DNA from: Gemmatimonas sp.
Lineage (GTDB): Bacteria > Gemmatimonadota > Gemmatimonadetes > Gemmatimonadales > Gemmatimonadaceae
Direction of reading: 5' to 3'
Length of the DNA stretch: 64,000 nucleotides
NCBI GenBank assembly: GCA_031414535.1
Contig: JANNVQ010000011.1
Coordinates: forward strand, 1-64,000
Positions 48,212-58,109 of this stretch are shown here, piece after piece. The notes under the pieces are model-generated. The model saw nothing but the letters and a program-made list of their open reading frames with translations. It was not told the DNA's origin and did no database searches. Within the stretch, counting starts at the first letter, position 1; each line of letters starts with the position of its first letter. A program made the translations under genes and the position numbers.

Positions 48212-48975
48212 TGGTCCCCGATGACCGCGGCCCCTTCGGCACTGCGGTAGTTGCGCAGATACAGGTTGAGCGAGCCGAACGAGAGTCGCGAGCGCATTTG
48301 CAACATCATACGGCGACTGTCGTCCGAGAGCCAAATCTCCGCCTGGCCGCCTTCGGAGAAGATGCCTGTGGTCTTGATGATGGGCTGCAGTACAATGGCG
48401 TCGAAGGTGCCGGCGGGCACCCGAATCCGCTCACGACGCAACACGCGGATTACGACGGGATTGCGATCAGGCCGGAAGTAACGATTGAAGGTGTACGACT
48501 GCCCGACTTCAAGGGGAACGGTCCGGATGAAGAACAGGAAGGAGCCGTCGTCGAGCGGGTTCTCCACCGAGGGCCGCTCCTCCGTGTTCTTGGTGGTCTC
48601 GACGAACACGGAACGGTCCGGGTAGATCTCAAATTGGCGCTCGCGGTCGCGCGAGCCTTGGTTCAGGTCCTGATGAAAGCGGAGGGAATTGAGAGTCACC
48701 ACGTCCATCCAGCTTTCGTAGATGTCGTTCACTTTGTAAAAGAAGGTTCCGCCGCTGACGCTAAAGCGGACGTGCCAGGCGGAGCGTCCGCGCACGTCCT
48801 CTTGGGCGAGCACGCGCATGCGGCCCGTGCCGACCTTTACGGCGCCAAAGCGCACGTCGTAGGTGAGCGACTCGCCCAGCTGAAACGGAACAGCCGCCGG
48901 CCTCGCCTGCGCACCGATTTCCAACGCGGCGGTGGACAGGACTATGGCAGCGAGAGCTCCGCGCAGGGAGATCAC
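48208..48975 (-). CDS. DUF3108-like exported protein
   Basis: Signal peptide, PFQLGESLTYDV, VPAGTFDA, IWLSDDSRR; GTG start overlaps the GT2 stop. Confidence 0.7.
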   Translation of the reverse strand: MISLRGALAAIVLSTAALEIGAQARPAAVPFQLGESLTYDVRFGAVKVGTGRMRVLAQEDVRGRSAWHVRFSVSGGTFFYKVNDIYESWMDVVTLNSLRFHQDLNQGSRDRERQFEIYPDRSVFVETTKNTEERPSVENPLDDGSFLFFIRTVPLEVGQSYTFNRYFRPDRNPVVIRVLRRERIRVPAGTFDAIVLQPIIKTTGIFSEGGQAEIWLSDDSRRMMLQMRSRLSFGSLNLYLRNYRSAEGAAVIGDQ

Positions 48976-49781
48976 GTGGCGGCGGGCGGTGGCTGGCGGT
49001 TCGGCTGCGGCGCCGCAGGGGCGGGTACCGCAAGCTTGCGGCCGCGAGCGGCCCACGCGGACTTGGCCATGCTCCAGGCATCCGGCCACGCTTCGCGACG
49101 GCTCGCACGCGGGCGAAGATCATAACGCAGCGTGACGGGCACCGACTCCATCCGGCGGGCGTGAGGTGCAGCGGCCACCAGCAAATCCAAGTTTGCCTGC
49201 CAAGTAGATGGGGCCGCCGGTAGCGGCGACTTGTCTGCCGCGCGCAGAAGGTCGCGCACCGTTGCGATGCGCAGTAGGCGCATGGAGCTCCAGGGATCTT
49301 TCACACCGGGAACCGTCACCGCATTGCGAAGTGGCCAAAGCCTAGGAATCCAGGCCACGTATTTGTGGAGCTTCTGAATTTCCTCGGGCGCGTCCTCGGG
49401 CAGAGCGCGCTCCGCAACGACGACATCCGCCCCGCCCTCAAAGCGCTTGACGAGCTCGGGAATCTCCTCTGGGCGATCGGTGAAATCGGCCTGCATGAGG
49501 ATGACTGCATCGCGGCGCGGGTATCGCGTGCGATTAGCGGCCTCGCGCAGCAACGCCTCCACTGCACGCGCGTAGCCCACGCGCGCGGTGGTTCCGAGGA
49601 TGGTCAGCGGGAGGGCCTCTGCGTAGGGTGCGAGGACCTCCCGCGTGCCGTCTGTGCTGGCGTCGTCGTAAACGAGAACCTCGTACTCGCGGGTGTACTC
49701 TTGGAACACCTTGCGGATGCGCCAAAGGAGGACGCCAACGGTCGGCGATTCATCGTGTGTGGGGATACAGATATAGAGCAC
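48972..49781 (-). CDS. Glycosyltransferase family 2 protein
   Basis: ICIPTHDE, EVLVYDDASTDGT, GADVVV; DxD position reads QAD. Confidence 0.75.
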   Translation of the reverse strand: MLYICIPTHDESPTVGVLLWRIRKVFQEYTREYEVLVYDDASTDGTREVLAPYAEALPLTILGTTARVGYARAVEALLREAANRTRYPRRDAVILMQADFTDRPEEIPELVKRFEGGADVVVAERALPEDAPEEIQKLHKYVAWIPRLWPLRNAVTVPGVKDPWSSMRLLRIATVRDLLRAADKSPLPAAPSTWQANLDLLVAAAPHARRMESVPVTLRYDLRPRASRREAWPDAWSMAKSAWAARGRKLAVPAPAAPQPNRQPPPAAT

Positions 49782-49964
49782 GATACTAAAGCTAGGGGAG
49801 AGGTCCTTCCTGTACTACTCCGCCAAATGGGGTATTCAGTTCCCGATTGGGGGGCGAAAGTGCCGGAACGGGGGGAACAAAGTGACGCACGGCACCACGC
49901 CGGGTATCGCCCCGTAGTGACGAGTACTACAATAGGCCGCAACCGGAGCTAGGGAGGTTCACGG

Positions 49965-50696
49965 ATGATCGTCGCAGACGTTCGGTCCCAGTTGACCCGC
50001 CACGACGTGGTCCTCGTGCTCGCCCTGCTGGACCAGCAAGGCGTAGAAGTGCGCGAACGCGGTGAGCATACCCTGCGTGAGCAGGGGCTCGACGCCCTTC
50101 TCGATGATGCGGCGCTGTTGCCGGCCTTGGTGGGCACCCCGCGCGGGCGCGAAGCCTCGCTCGCTCTCTTTAGCTACGTGCTGGTGCGCCACGCCCTCCT
50201 GCAGGCCGGCGAAAAGGACCGCGTGCTCGCCGACTATGCGGCGAGCGTCATGCTGCACTTCGGCCTGCGCGACCGCGCGCACCGCGTGCACGCAGCGGAC
50301 GATCAAACCTACGACACGCTCGCGGCACTCCTCGCGGACGCCGAAGGTATGGAGCCGCGCCGCGCCTTCCTCGTCCGTGCGCACTTGGGCAATTACGCGC
50401 TCTGGATGAGCGGCATGTTTCCTGATCACATCACGGAGCGCGTGCATCGCCGTGGCGGCCCCCCACTGGAGTACTTCGAGGAGATGGGGCGCCGCGGCTT
50501 CAAGATGGCCGCCGAGCATCGCTTGGCCAGCGAACAAGGCGTTGCCATGCTCTTTGCGCTCGCGTCGGAGCGATTCCCCGTCCTGCGCGTGGCCCTCAAT
50601 CGCATCAGCGATGCATTACTCTTCCCGCACTACCACACTCCGGACAAGTTGATGCGCCAAGTGCAGGATGAAGCGCGCTGGAAGCGCGCCGGCTGA
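49965..50696 (+). CDS. Conserved hypothetical helical protein
   Basis: GGAGG RBS; HLGNYALWMSGMFPDHI..YFEEMGRRGF block. Confidence 0.7.
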   Translation: MIVADVRSQLTRHDVVLVLALLDQQGVEVRERGEHTLREQGLDALLDDAALLPALVGTPRGREASLALFSYVLVRHALLQAGEKDRVLADYAASVMLHFGLRDRAHRVHAADDQTYDTLAALLADAEGMEPRRAFLVRAHLGNYALWMSGMFPDHITERVHRRGGPPLEYFEEMGRRGFKMAAEHRLASEQGVAMLFALASERFPVLRVALNRISDALLFPHYHTPDKLMRQVQDEARWKRAG

Positions 50697-51259
50697 TGTT
50701 TGAATCGCTCAAGCAGACCATCGGAGATTTGCTCGGTGGCCGCGTCGCTCCGGGTGACCGCAATGCAGTCATCGCGGACATGAAGCGCGCCTTGGCGCTG
50801 GCGAAGCTCGGCGTCGAGGACCTCGCCGAAAGCGCCGAGGTGACGCGGATGCGACTCGCCGAAGAGCGCAAACAGCTCGAAACAGCCACGCGTCGCCGCA
50901 CCTTGGCGGAGGGAATCAACGACGTGGAAACCGTAGCTCTCGCCGCGAAATTCGAGGCGCAGTTCGCCGAACGCATCTCCGTGCTGGAGCGCAAGCTCGA
51001 GGTGCAGGAAGCCGAGCACGGACTCGCCGAGCGTGACTACGACGAGATGCTCAAGCAGCTGAAGCAGGCGAGCGTTGGCGTGGGTAGCGGGATGAGCAAG
51101 GAGAATCGTCCGCTTACGGATGCTGATCTGGGGCTTCCCGATGACGCGCCGTTGCGCAGCGAGCTCGACGCACTCGGCCGCACGGCCAAACGGAACGAGC
51201 GCGACGCCCAGGCGGACGCCGCGCTCGATGCCCTCAAGCGGAAGATGCGGGGCGAGTAG
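50696..51259 (+). CDS. Coiled-coil protein, PspA/IM30-like
   Basis: TGATG coupling; N-terminal amphipathic MFESLKQTIGDLL, long coiled coil, C-terminal ALDALKRKM. Confidence 0.55.
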   Translation: MFESLKQTIGDLLGGRVAPGDRNAVIADMKRALALAKLGVEDLAESAEVTRMRLAEERKQLETATRRRTLAEGINDVETVALAAKFEAQFAERISVLERKLEVQEAEHGLAERDYDEMLKQLKQASVGVGSGMSKENRPLTDADLGLPDDAPLRSELDALGRTAKRNERDAQADAALDALKRKMRGE

Positions 51260-51271
51260 CCCCGCACCCCG

Positions 51272-52843
51272 CTACTTCACGTCCGCCATCATCCGGCGGA
51301 TGGGAACAATCATCAGGAGCAGCACCACCGTCGCGATCCCTAAGGCCACCGTGGTGCCAATGAAGACCGTCGGGGTTTGGTCGAGCTTGGTTGGGTCAAT
51401 GTTTCCGCCGACGAGGCCCGCCACGAGGTTGCCCACCGAGGCTGCGAGGAACCAGATGCCCATCATCTGCCCGACGTACTGACGCGGCGAGAGCTTGGTC
51501 ATGGACGAGAGGCCAACGGGGCTCAAGCAGAGCTCGCCGACTGTCTGGAAGAAATACGAGCCAATCAGCCACCAGGGTGAGACGAGTACGGTGCCGCCGC
51601 TCGCGACGACTTTGTTCGCGGCGAAGATCATGATGGCAAAGCCAACGCCGGCCATCGCGAGGCCGAGCGCAAACTTGGCCGGGCTTGAGATCTCGATGTT
51701 TCGCTTCGCCATCCATACCCAAAGTGCCGCGAACACCGGCGCGAGCACGATGATGAAGGCTGAGTTCACCGACTGGAACCAGGTGGCCGGCATTTGCCAC
51801 CCGAAAATGCTGCGGTCCGTAAAGTCGTTGGCGAAGAGATTGAGCGAAGTTGGCGCCTGTTCAAATGCGGCCCAGAAGATGGCCGCGAACACGAAGAGCA
51901 CAAAAATCACGGCGACACGCTTCTTCTCGTCGCGATTCAAACCGCCGGCGATGAACACCGTGGCGAAGAAGGCGACCGCCAATCCGACGAGCACGAAGGT
52001 CATGTACTGACCGACCACCTGCGGATCGAAGCTCACAACGCCAAGCGCCGCGAGCACGAATACGAGCGCGATGACGCCGAGTCCGGAATAGGTGGCCAGC
52101 TTGACCTGGCCCTCACGCTTGGCCTGCACGACGGGGTCCGGATCGCGGACGATGTCTTCGCCGATGGGGCCGAGCGTGGACTTGGCGCGCATCCAGAACC
52201 AGAGCAAGCCGAAGAGCATGCCGACACCAGCGGCGCCGAAGCCCCAGTGCCACCCGAGCTTCTCGCCGAGCGCACCCGTCACGAGCTGACCGATGAAGGC
52301 GCCAGTGTTGATGCCCATGTAAAAGATCGAGAAACCGGCGTCGCGGCGGGCACCGCCCTCGGGATACAGGTCGCCGACGATGGCCGAGATATTCGGCTTC
52401 AGAAGGCCCGTGCCGAGCACAATGAACGCGAGACCGAGGAAGAAGAAAATCTTTCCACGCTCACCAGTGAAGCCGGATACACCGATGCAGAGGTGGCCAG
52501 CGGTGATCAGCGCGGCGCCGATGAGAATGGCGCGACGCAGGCCGAGCAGTCGGTCGGCAATCCATCCGCCGGGCAGCGAGGCCAAATACACGCAGGCTGC
52601 GTAGATGCCGACGATGGCCGATGCGGCCGGCCGGTCAAATCCGAAGCCGCCCTCGAACAGCGCGGCGGACATGAACAGGACGAGCAGTGGGCGTAGGCCG
52701 TAGTACGAGAAGCGCTCCCACATCTCCGTCATGAACAGCGTGGAGAGGCCGCGCGGATGCCCGAAGAAACTCTTGTCGTTCACGAACGGAGCGACGGCGG
52801 CCGAAACAGGTTGGGGAGCGGCGGAGTTCGATGGCGGGGTCAT
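51272..52843 (-). CDS. Proton-dependent oligopeptide (POT/PTR) MFS transporter
   Basis: FFGHPRGL, EMWERFSYYG, GTGLLKPNIS, FYMGINTG, GELCLSPVGLS; ATGA overlap with the ABC ATPase stop. Confidence 0.92.
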   Translation of the reverse strand: MTPPSNSAAPQPVSAAVAPFVNDKSFFGHPRGLSTLFMTEMWERFSYYGLRPLLVLFMSAALFEGGFGFDRPAASAIVGIYAACVYLASLPGGWIADRLLGLRRAILIGAALITAGHLCIGVSGFTGERGKIFFFLGLAFIVLGTGLLKPNISAIVGDLYPEGGARRDAGFSIFYMGINTGAFIGQLVTGALGEKLGWHWGFGAAGVGMLFGLLWFWMRAKSTLGPIGEDIVRDPDPVVQAKREGQVKLATYSGLGVIALVFVLAALGVVSFDPQVVGQYMTFVLVGLAVAFFATVFIAGGLNRDEKKRVAVIFVLFVFAAIFWAAFEQAPTSLNLFANDFTDRSIFGWQMPATWFQSVNSAFIIVLAPVFAALWVWMAKRNIEISSPAKFALGLAMAGVGFAIMIFAANKVVASGGTVLVSPWWLIGSYFFQTVGELCLSPVGLSSMTKLSPRQYVGQMMGIWFLAASVGNLVAGLVGGNIDPTKLDQTPTVFIGTTVALGIATVVLLLMIVPIRRMMADVK

Positions 52844-54651
52844 AGACTCGGGGGGAGAGGAACCTTCAGACAGGCCACAGTGTGGCCGTTTGGGTCCAAC
52901 GTGACCGGACGCAACACCGGATGCTCGCTCAAACACCCCTCATCTTTCAAGGGGAAGGCGCATCTTGGATAGAAGCTGCACCCATGTGCCGGCGCAGCGC
53001 GAGGAACGTCGCGCTCCTCGCTCACGACGGCCGGCGTGCGTGGACGGCCTGTGGGGACCGACGCGCGCAGCAGTTGTGTATACGGCATCCGCGGATCGTC
53101 CAGAACGTCGCGGGCCAATCCCTGCTCGACCACCCGACCCAAGTACATCACCGCTACGTGGGTAGCCAGACGGCGCACCACGCCGAGGTCGTGGGAAATC
53201 AGTAGCATCGCCAGGCCCCGGTCGTGGCGCAGGGCATCGAGCATCGAGAGCAGAGACTCGCGCGCCGCGGCATCAAGATTGGAGACCGGCTCGTCGCAGA
53301 CGAGCAGGTCCGGCTGCGCCGCGAGCGCCCGCGCAATGGCGACGCGTTGGCGCTGGCCGCTGGAGAGCTCAGCCGGGAGGCGATCGGCCAGCGCGGCCTC
53401 GAGGCCAACTTCCGCGAGTAATGACTCCACTCGCTTGAGTGCGGCGGCACCGCGAGCGTGCGCGTGCACCTCGAGTGCTTCTGCCAGCAGCCAGCGTACG
53501 CTGCGCTCAGGGGTGAGCGAGGCGCCGGCGTCCTGCGGCACGAGCTGCAGACGTCGCCGAAGGGCCCGCATCATCACGTGATCGTTCACGTTGAGCGTGC
53601 GTCCGAGCACGGTCACGCTTCCGGACGTCGGGTTCTCGAGGCCCAGCAGGGCCCGCGCGAGCGTACTCTTGCCGGAGCCGCTCTCGCCAACAATACCGAG
53701 GCATTCGCCGCGAGCAATCCGCACGTCCACCTGTTCCACCGCGTGTACCGTGAAGGCCGCGCGTTCAAAGAGGCGGGCCGCGATGCGGTAGTGCACACTG
53801 AGTGCCCGAGTAGAGACGAGCGGCACGCTAGGATCGCTCAAGGACTCGTCGCTCGGGCGCACGGCACGCGCGCGTGCGACAGCGGCGCTGCCGCTGCCTC
53901 GCGAAAGCCGGGACGCGATGATGCGTTCCGCAGGCCCGTCATCCACGAGCTTGCCGTGTTCGAGAACGAGCACGCGTTCGCATCGTTCACCGACGACCTC
54001 GAGGTCGTGTGAAATGAGCAGTAGCGAAGTGCCCATCTCGCTGCGCAAGGCGTCCATCATATCGAGGATCTGCGCTTGCAGCGTGGCGTCGAGCGCAGTC
54101 GTGGGCTCGTCGGCAATGATGACTTCGGGTCGCAAGAGGAGTGCGAGCGCGAGCAATACGCGCTGGCGCTGCCCACCGGAGAGTTGATGCGCGAATCGCC
54201 GGGAGATACGCCGCGTGTCGCGCAATCCGACGGTGGCGAGCATGGCGTCTGCGCGCTCGTCGGCTTCATGACCGCGCGCCACTTCGTGGGCTTCGAGTGC
54301 GGCTGTGAGTTGCTGCCCGATGCACATAGAGGGGTCGAGCGCGGTGAGCGGCTCTTGGAACACCATCGCCAAACGGCGTCCGCGAATGCGGCGCAAGGAC
54401 TCGGCGTCGAGCGCGGTCAGTTCGTCGCTGCCCAGCGTGATGCGCGAGGCCGGGTCCAAGGCGAGTCCGCGCGGCAACAACCCGAGCACGGCGTTGCCAA
54501 TGGAGCTCTTGCCCGCGCCCGAGCGTCCGACGAGCCCAACGCTGCTACCCGCTGCGAGGGTGAACGACACATCGTCGATGATGTGATGCTCGGCTTCGCG
54601 CGTGCTACGCACGCTCAGGTTCCTGATGGCGAGTGCAGACAGCGCGTTCAT
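52840..54651 (-). CDS. Peptide ABC transporter ATP-binding protein (fused OppD/F)
   Basis: Two NBDs: GRSGAGKS/LSGGQ/DEPT and GESGSGKS/LSSGQ/DEPV; C-terminal GCSFYPRC Cys motif. Confidence 0.9.
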   Translation of the reverse strand: MNALSALAIRNLSVRSTREAEHHIIDDVSFTLAAGSSVGLVGRSGAGKSSIGNAVLGLLPRGLALDPASRITLGSDELTALDAESLRRIRGRRLAMVFQEPLTALDPSMCIGQQLTAALEAHEVARGHEADERADAMLATVGLRDTRRISRRFAHQLSGGQRQRVLLALALLLRPEVIIADEPTTALDATLQAQILDMMDALRSEMGTSLLLISHDLEVVGERCERVLVLEHGKLVDDGPAERIIASRLSRGSGSAAVARARAVRPSDESLSDPSVPLVSTRALSVHYRIAARLFERAAFTVHAVEQVDVRIARGECLGIVGESGSGKSTLARALLGLENPTSGSVTVLGRTLNVNDHVMMRALRRRLQLVPQDAGASLTPERSVRWLLAEALEVHAHARGAAALKRVESLLAEVGLEAALADRLPAELSSGQRQRVAIARALAAQPDLLVCDEPVSNLDAAARESLLSMLDALRHDRGLAMLLISHDLGVVRRLATHVAVMYLGRVVEQGLARDVLDDPRMPYTQLLRASVPTGRPRTPAVVSEERDVPRAAPAHGCSFYPRCAFPLKDEGCLSEHPVLRPVTLDPNGHTVACLKVPLPPSL

Positions 54652-55460
54652 GCGTCGTCCCGCTGGTATCGGGCACCCACGCGTTCGGCGAGCAAATTGG
54701 CCGACAGCGTTGCCGCAACGATGGCAATAGTCGGAAAGAGCACCAGCCACCACGCGCGGAGCACACGACCCTCGGCTTCGAGGATGATGTTGCCCCAACT
54801 CGCATCGGGCGCTCGCACGCCGAGCCCAAGAAAGGACAGCGCGGCCTCGACCGGAAGCACTGAGGCGAACAGGAGCGTGGCCGCCACTGCAAGCGTGGGC
54901 AGCAGCCCCGGAAGGATGTGACCGCGCCAGAGTCGAATGCGCGGTACACCAAGCGCCGCCGCTGCACGCACATGCTCGGTGGCGAGCAAGCGGCGGGTTT
55001 CTTGGCGTACCAGTCGTGCCGTGGTCATCCAGCCGGTGCCTCCGATGACGGCCGCGAGCAGAGCGGCCGGTAGCGGGCCGGTGGAGGCGACCACCAACAG
55101 CAGCAAGAGGAGGCGGGGCATCCCGAGCGCCGCATCCGTGAAGCGCATGAGCAGAGCATCAACGAATCCACCCCGCAGCGCGGCGGCCGCACCAACTACC
55201 ACGCCGAGCGTCAAGGCGACTGCAACGGCGAGCGTGGCGATGCCCAAGGAGGCGCGCGCACCGAAGAGCAGGCGCGAGAACACATCGCGCGAATACGGAT
55301 CTGTGCCAAACCAATGCGCGCTGCTCGGCGCTTGCAGTGCACGCAGGACCGGATCCAGATGCGCCACTGGATCATGCGGCGCAATGAGCGGCGCGAGCAG
55401 CGCGGCCAGTCCAAGTCCGCCGAGCACGAGCGCAGGCGTTCCTAACTTACGACCCGTCAC
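54648..55460 (-). CDS. Peptide ABC transporter permease (OppC/DppC)
   Basis: HWFGTDPYSRDVFSRL, EAALSFLGLG, SWG; GTG start inferred. Confidence 0.9.
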   Translation of the reverse strand: MTGRKLGTPALVLGGLGLAALLAPLIAPHDPVAHLDPVLRALQAPSSAHWFGTDPYSRDVFSRLLFGARASLGIATLAVAVALTLGVVVGAAAALRGGFVDALLMRFTDAALGMPRLLLLLLVVASTGPLPAALLAAVIGGTGWMTTARLVRQETRRLLATEHVRAAAALGVPRIRLWRGHILPGLLPTLAVAATLLFASVLPVEAALSFLGLGVRAPDASWGNIILEAEGRVLRAWWLVLFPTIAIVAATLSANLLAERVGARYQRDDA

Positions 55461-56410
55461 AGGGATCTCCGCAGGCGTGGATTCGCCCAAGCCACCAGCA
55501 AGTCGGAGATCAAGGTGGCGGCGACGACCACGAGGCTCGTGACGAGCACCGCGCCGGAGACGAGTGGATAGTCGCGCTGTCCAACGGCCTCAAGCATGGC
55601 GCGTCCCATTCCAGGCCAATCGTAGATGCGTTCGATTAGCAGCGTACCGCTCGCCACCGTGCCGAGCAATGAACCGAGCACCGTGAGTACGGGGGCGATT
55701 GAGTTGCGCAAGGCATGTCGCCACACGATGCGCCCCTCCGAGATGCCGGACGCGCGCGCGGCGCGGATGAACTCTGCATCGCGTACGTGGCGCGTGGCGC
55801 TGCGTTGATGCCGCGCGAGGAGGGCCGTCACGCCGAGGCAGAGTGTGCCGGCCGGCAGGACGAGGTGTTGGAGCAGGTCGGCAAGACCCCCCACACCTTC
55901 ACTGTGCATCCCGCTCACTGGCAGCACGCGCAATTCCAGGGCGAACACCATCGCCAAGAGAAGCGCGAGAATGAATTCTGGCACTGACGCCAGCCCGAGC
56001 ATTAGCCGATCGCTGTAGCGCGACCAGCGCGACTCCGCATGCCAGCCTTGCCAGGTACCGATGAGCACGCCGAACACGAGGCCGAGCGATAATCCGGTGC
56101 CAGCAAGCAGCAGCGTGTTGGGGAGCAGCGCCGCAATGACCTCACGTACCGGTCGTGCTCGCGAGTGCGACCAACCAAAGTCACCCTGCGCGAGGCCTCC
56201 GAGATAGCGCAGATACTGCTCGCTGATGGGACGCTCGTAGCCAAAGCGCTGGCGCATGGCGCTGGCGTCCTCACTCCCAACACCCGCTTGCTCAAGCGAC
56301 GAGAAGAACGGATCGCCAGGCGCGAGCCGAATCAGCACAAACGAGGCCGTGACAACGAGCCAGACGACGATGGCCGCCTGGAAGAGTCGCGTGGTGAGGA
56401 CGCGCAGCAC
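55457..56410 (-). CDS. Peptide ABC transporter permease (OppB/DppB)
   Basis: LAPGDP, GDFGWS, HLVLP, ARASG..HALRN, WPGMG, RDYP, NPRL. Confidence 0.9.
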   Translation of the reverse strand: MLRVLTTRLFQAAIVVWLVVTASFVLIRLAPGDPFFSSLEQAGVGSEDASAMRQRFGYERPISEQYLRYLGGLAQGDFGWSHSRARPVREVIAALLPNTLLLAGTGLSLGLVFGVLIGTWQGWHAESRWSRYSDRLMLGLASVPEFILALLLAMVFALELRVLPVSGMHSEGVGGLADLLQHLVLPAGTLCLGVTALLARHQRSATRHVRDAEFIRAARASGISEGRIVWRHALRNSIAPVLTVLGSLLGTVASGTLLIERIYDWPGMGRAMLEAVGQRDYPLVSGAVLVTSLVVVAATLISDLLVAWANPRLRRSL

Positions 56411-56418
56411 GCGCGGGG

Positions 56419-58065
56419 CTAGTTGGCCGGCCGAGCGTCGCGCGGAAGGCGCTGCGCAGGATCAATCGACCATTCGTGCAGCGAGCGCCACCACCCATCC
56501 GCCCGCCACGCCGGAATGACGAAGCGCTTGTGCACGGCGGCGACGGGACGCAGTTCGTAGAGAAAGAGCGCCGGGACATCGTCAGCGATGACTTGGTATG
56601 CGCGGGAGAAATTCGCACGTGCTTGGTTGCGGTCCATCGCGTTGACTCCCGCTTGAACCGCGCTGTCGAACGCCGGGTTCTCCCAGCGTCCATCGTTGAG
56701 GTTTCCCCAGCCCTCGCGAGTGCTGCTGCCCCAAGTGCCGCGTACGGTGCCCGGACTCGGCACCGTTAGCCACCCACCGAATACCACGTCAAACTTTCCA
56801 TCTTGCCGCATCTGAGTGAAGGTGCGGTTCTCCGTACGCTCAATCTCCATCGCGACGCCAACTGAGCGGAGTTGCTCTTGAATGAGCACGGCAGCCCGCT
56901 CGCGATTGCGGCTCGAACCAGGAATGAGCGCCGTGAAGGTGAGGCGCTGTCCGTTGCGACGACGCACTCCGTCACGCGCATCCACGCGCCAGCCGAGGGA
57001 ATCAAGAACCGCCGCGGCGCGGGCCCGATCCAGCGGAACGGCTCGAATTGTCGAGTCGTAGGTGAACTGTCGGTGCACCACGGGCGCGTTGGCCAGATAG
57101 GCCAAGGTGTCGAAGATGGCGCGCACGACTTGCTCGCGATCAACGGCCTGCGCAATAGCGCGGCGGAGTGCGAGATTCGCAAAGAGCGGGTGCGGGCGCT
57201 CGCGATTGCGCGAGTCGCGGAGATTGAATCCCATGTAGGCGTAATCGAATCCATTCCCCGTCACGAGGCGCACATGCGGATGCGAGAGGGCTTCGGGAAT
57301 GTCTCCGGACGGGACGATCTCGATGACATCCGCTTCTTCGGCCCAGACCTTGGCTTGGGCTGTTGCCGGTTCGGGTGAGACGGTGACGATGACACGGTCG
57401 AGTGGCGCGCGGCCGCGATAGTAATCTTCGACGGCGGCGAGTTCGAGGCGTTCCAGCGGCTCCCAGGCCACGAAGCGAAACGGCCCAGAACCGATGGGAT
57501 TCCGCGCCAGGGCGCTGGTGGTGAGGGGTCCGCCATCTGACGGCAACAGGTGCGCCGGCAGGGGAAAAATCACCGAGGCCGCGTAGAACTGTTCGGGAGC
57601 GCGAGCCGAATAGCGGATAATCACGCGGCGATCGCCATCCGCGGTGACACTCTCGACACCGCTCAGATTGGCCCGCGCGGCTGCGCCGTTCACGCTATCC
57701 ATCAGCGCGAGGTATCCGGCCTCTACGTCCGTGGCGGTGACCGGACGTCCATCGTGCCATTTGGCTTTTGCATTGAGCTCAAACGTGATGGCCAGCGAGT
57801 CCGCACTCCACGTCCAGCGTTCGGCCAATCGCGGCTGAAAGTCCGTGTCGCCCACCGTGTTCAGCGAGGCGCCAATCTCCACGAGCGGATCGAACAGCAG
57901 TTCCGAGGCGAATCGGCCCTGCGTGGTGCGAACCAAGGGCGGGAGCATCGCGTCGGCATCGGCGGCGGTCGCGACGACAACCGTGCCGCCCGCGCTGTTG
58001 CGAGAGGCATCGCCGGCACACGCGGCGGCGAGGAGAACGAGGACGAGCGGAAAACGACGGCGCAC
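56419..58065 (-). CDS. Peptide ABC transporter substrate-binding lipoprotein (SBP family 5)
   Basis: Lipobox AAAC, PRLAERW, KWHDGRPVTATDV, PIGSGPFRF. Confidence 0.88.
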   Translation of the reverse strand: MRRRFPLVLVLLAAACAGDASRNSAGGTVVVATAADADAMLPPLVRTTQGRFASELLFDPLVEIGASLNTVGDTDFQPRLAERWTWSADSLAITFELNAKAKWHDGRPVTATDVEAGYLALMDSVNGAAARANLSGVESVTADGDRRVIIRYSARAPEQFYAASVIFPLPAHLLPSDGGPLTTSALARNPIGSGPFRFVAWEPLERLELAAVEDYYRGRAPLDRVIVTVSPEPATAQAKVWAEEADVIEIVPSGDIPEALSHPHVRLVTGNGFDYAYMGFNLRDSRNRERPHPLFANLALRRAIAQAVDREQVVRAIFDTLAYLANAPVVHRQFTYDSTIRAVPLDRARAAAVLDSLGWRVDARDGVRRRNGQRLTFTALIPGSSRNRERAAVLIQEQLRSVGVAMEIERTENRTFTQMRQDGKFDVVFGGWLTVPSPGTVRGTWGSSTREGWGNLNDGRWENPAFDSAVQAGVNAMDRNQARANFSRAYQVIADDVPALFLYELRPVAAVHKRFVIPAWRADGWWRSLHEWSIDPAQRLPRDARPAN

Positions 58066-58109
58066 GGGGGAGTGGGAAGGAGGAGTGCGACGAGCGAAAC
58101 GTTACCCGA

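Noticed and set aside
49914..49930. GTAGT-N7-ACTAC inverted repeat upstream of the 49965 gene
   Set aside because: Single short copy; consistent with chance
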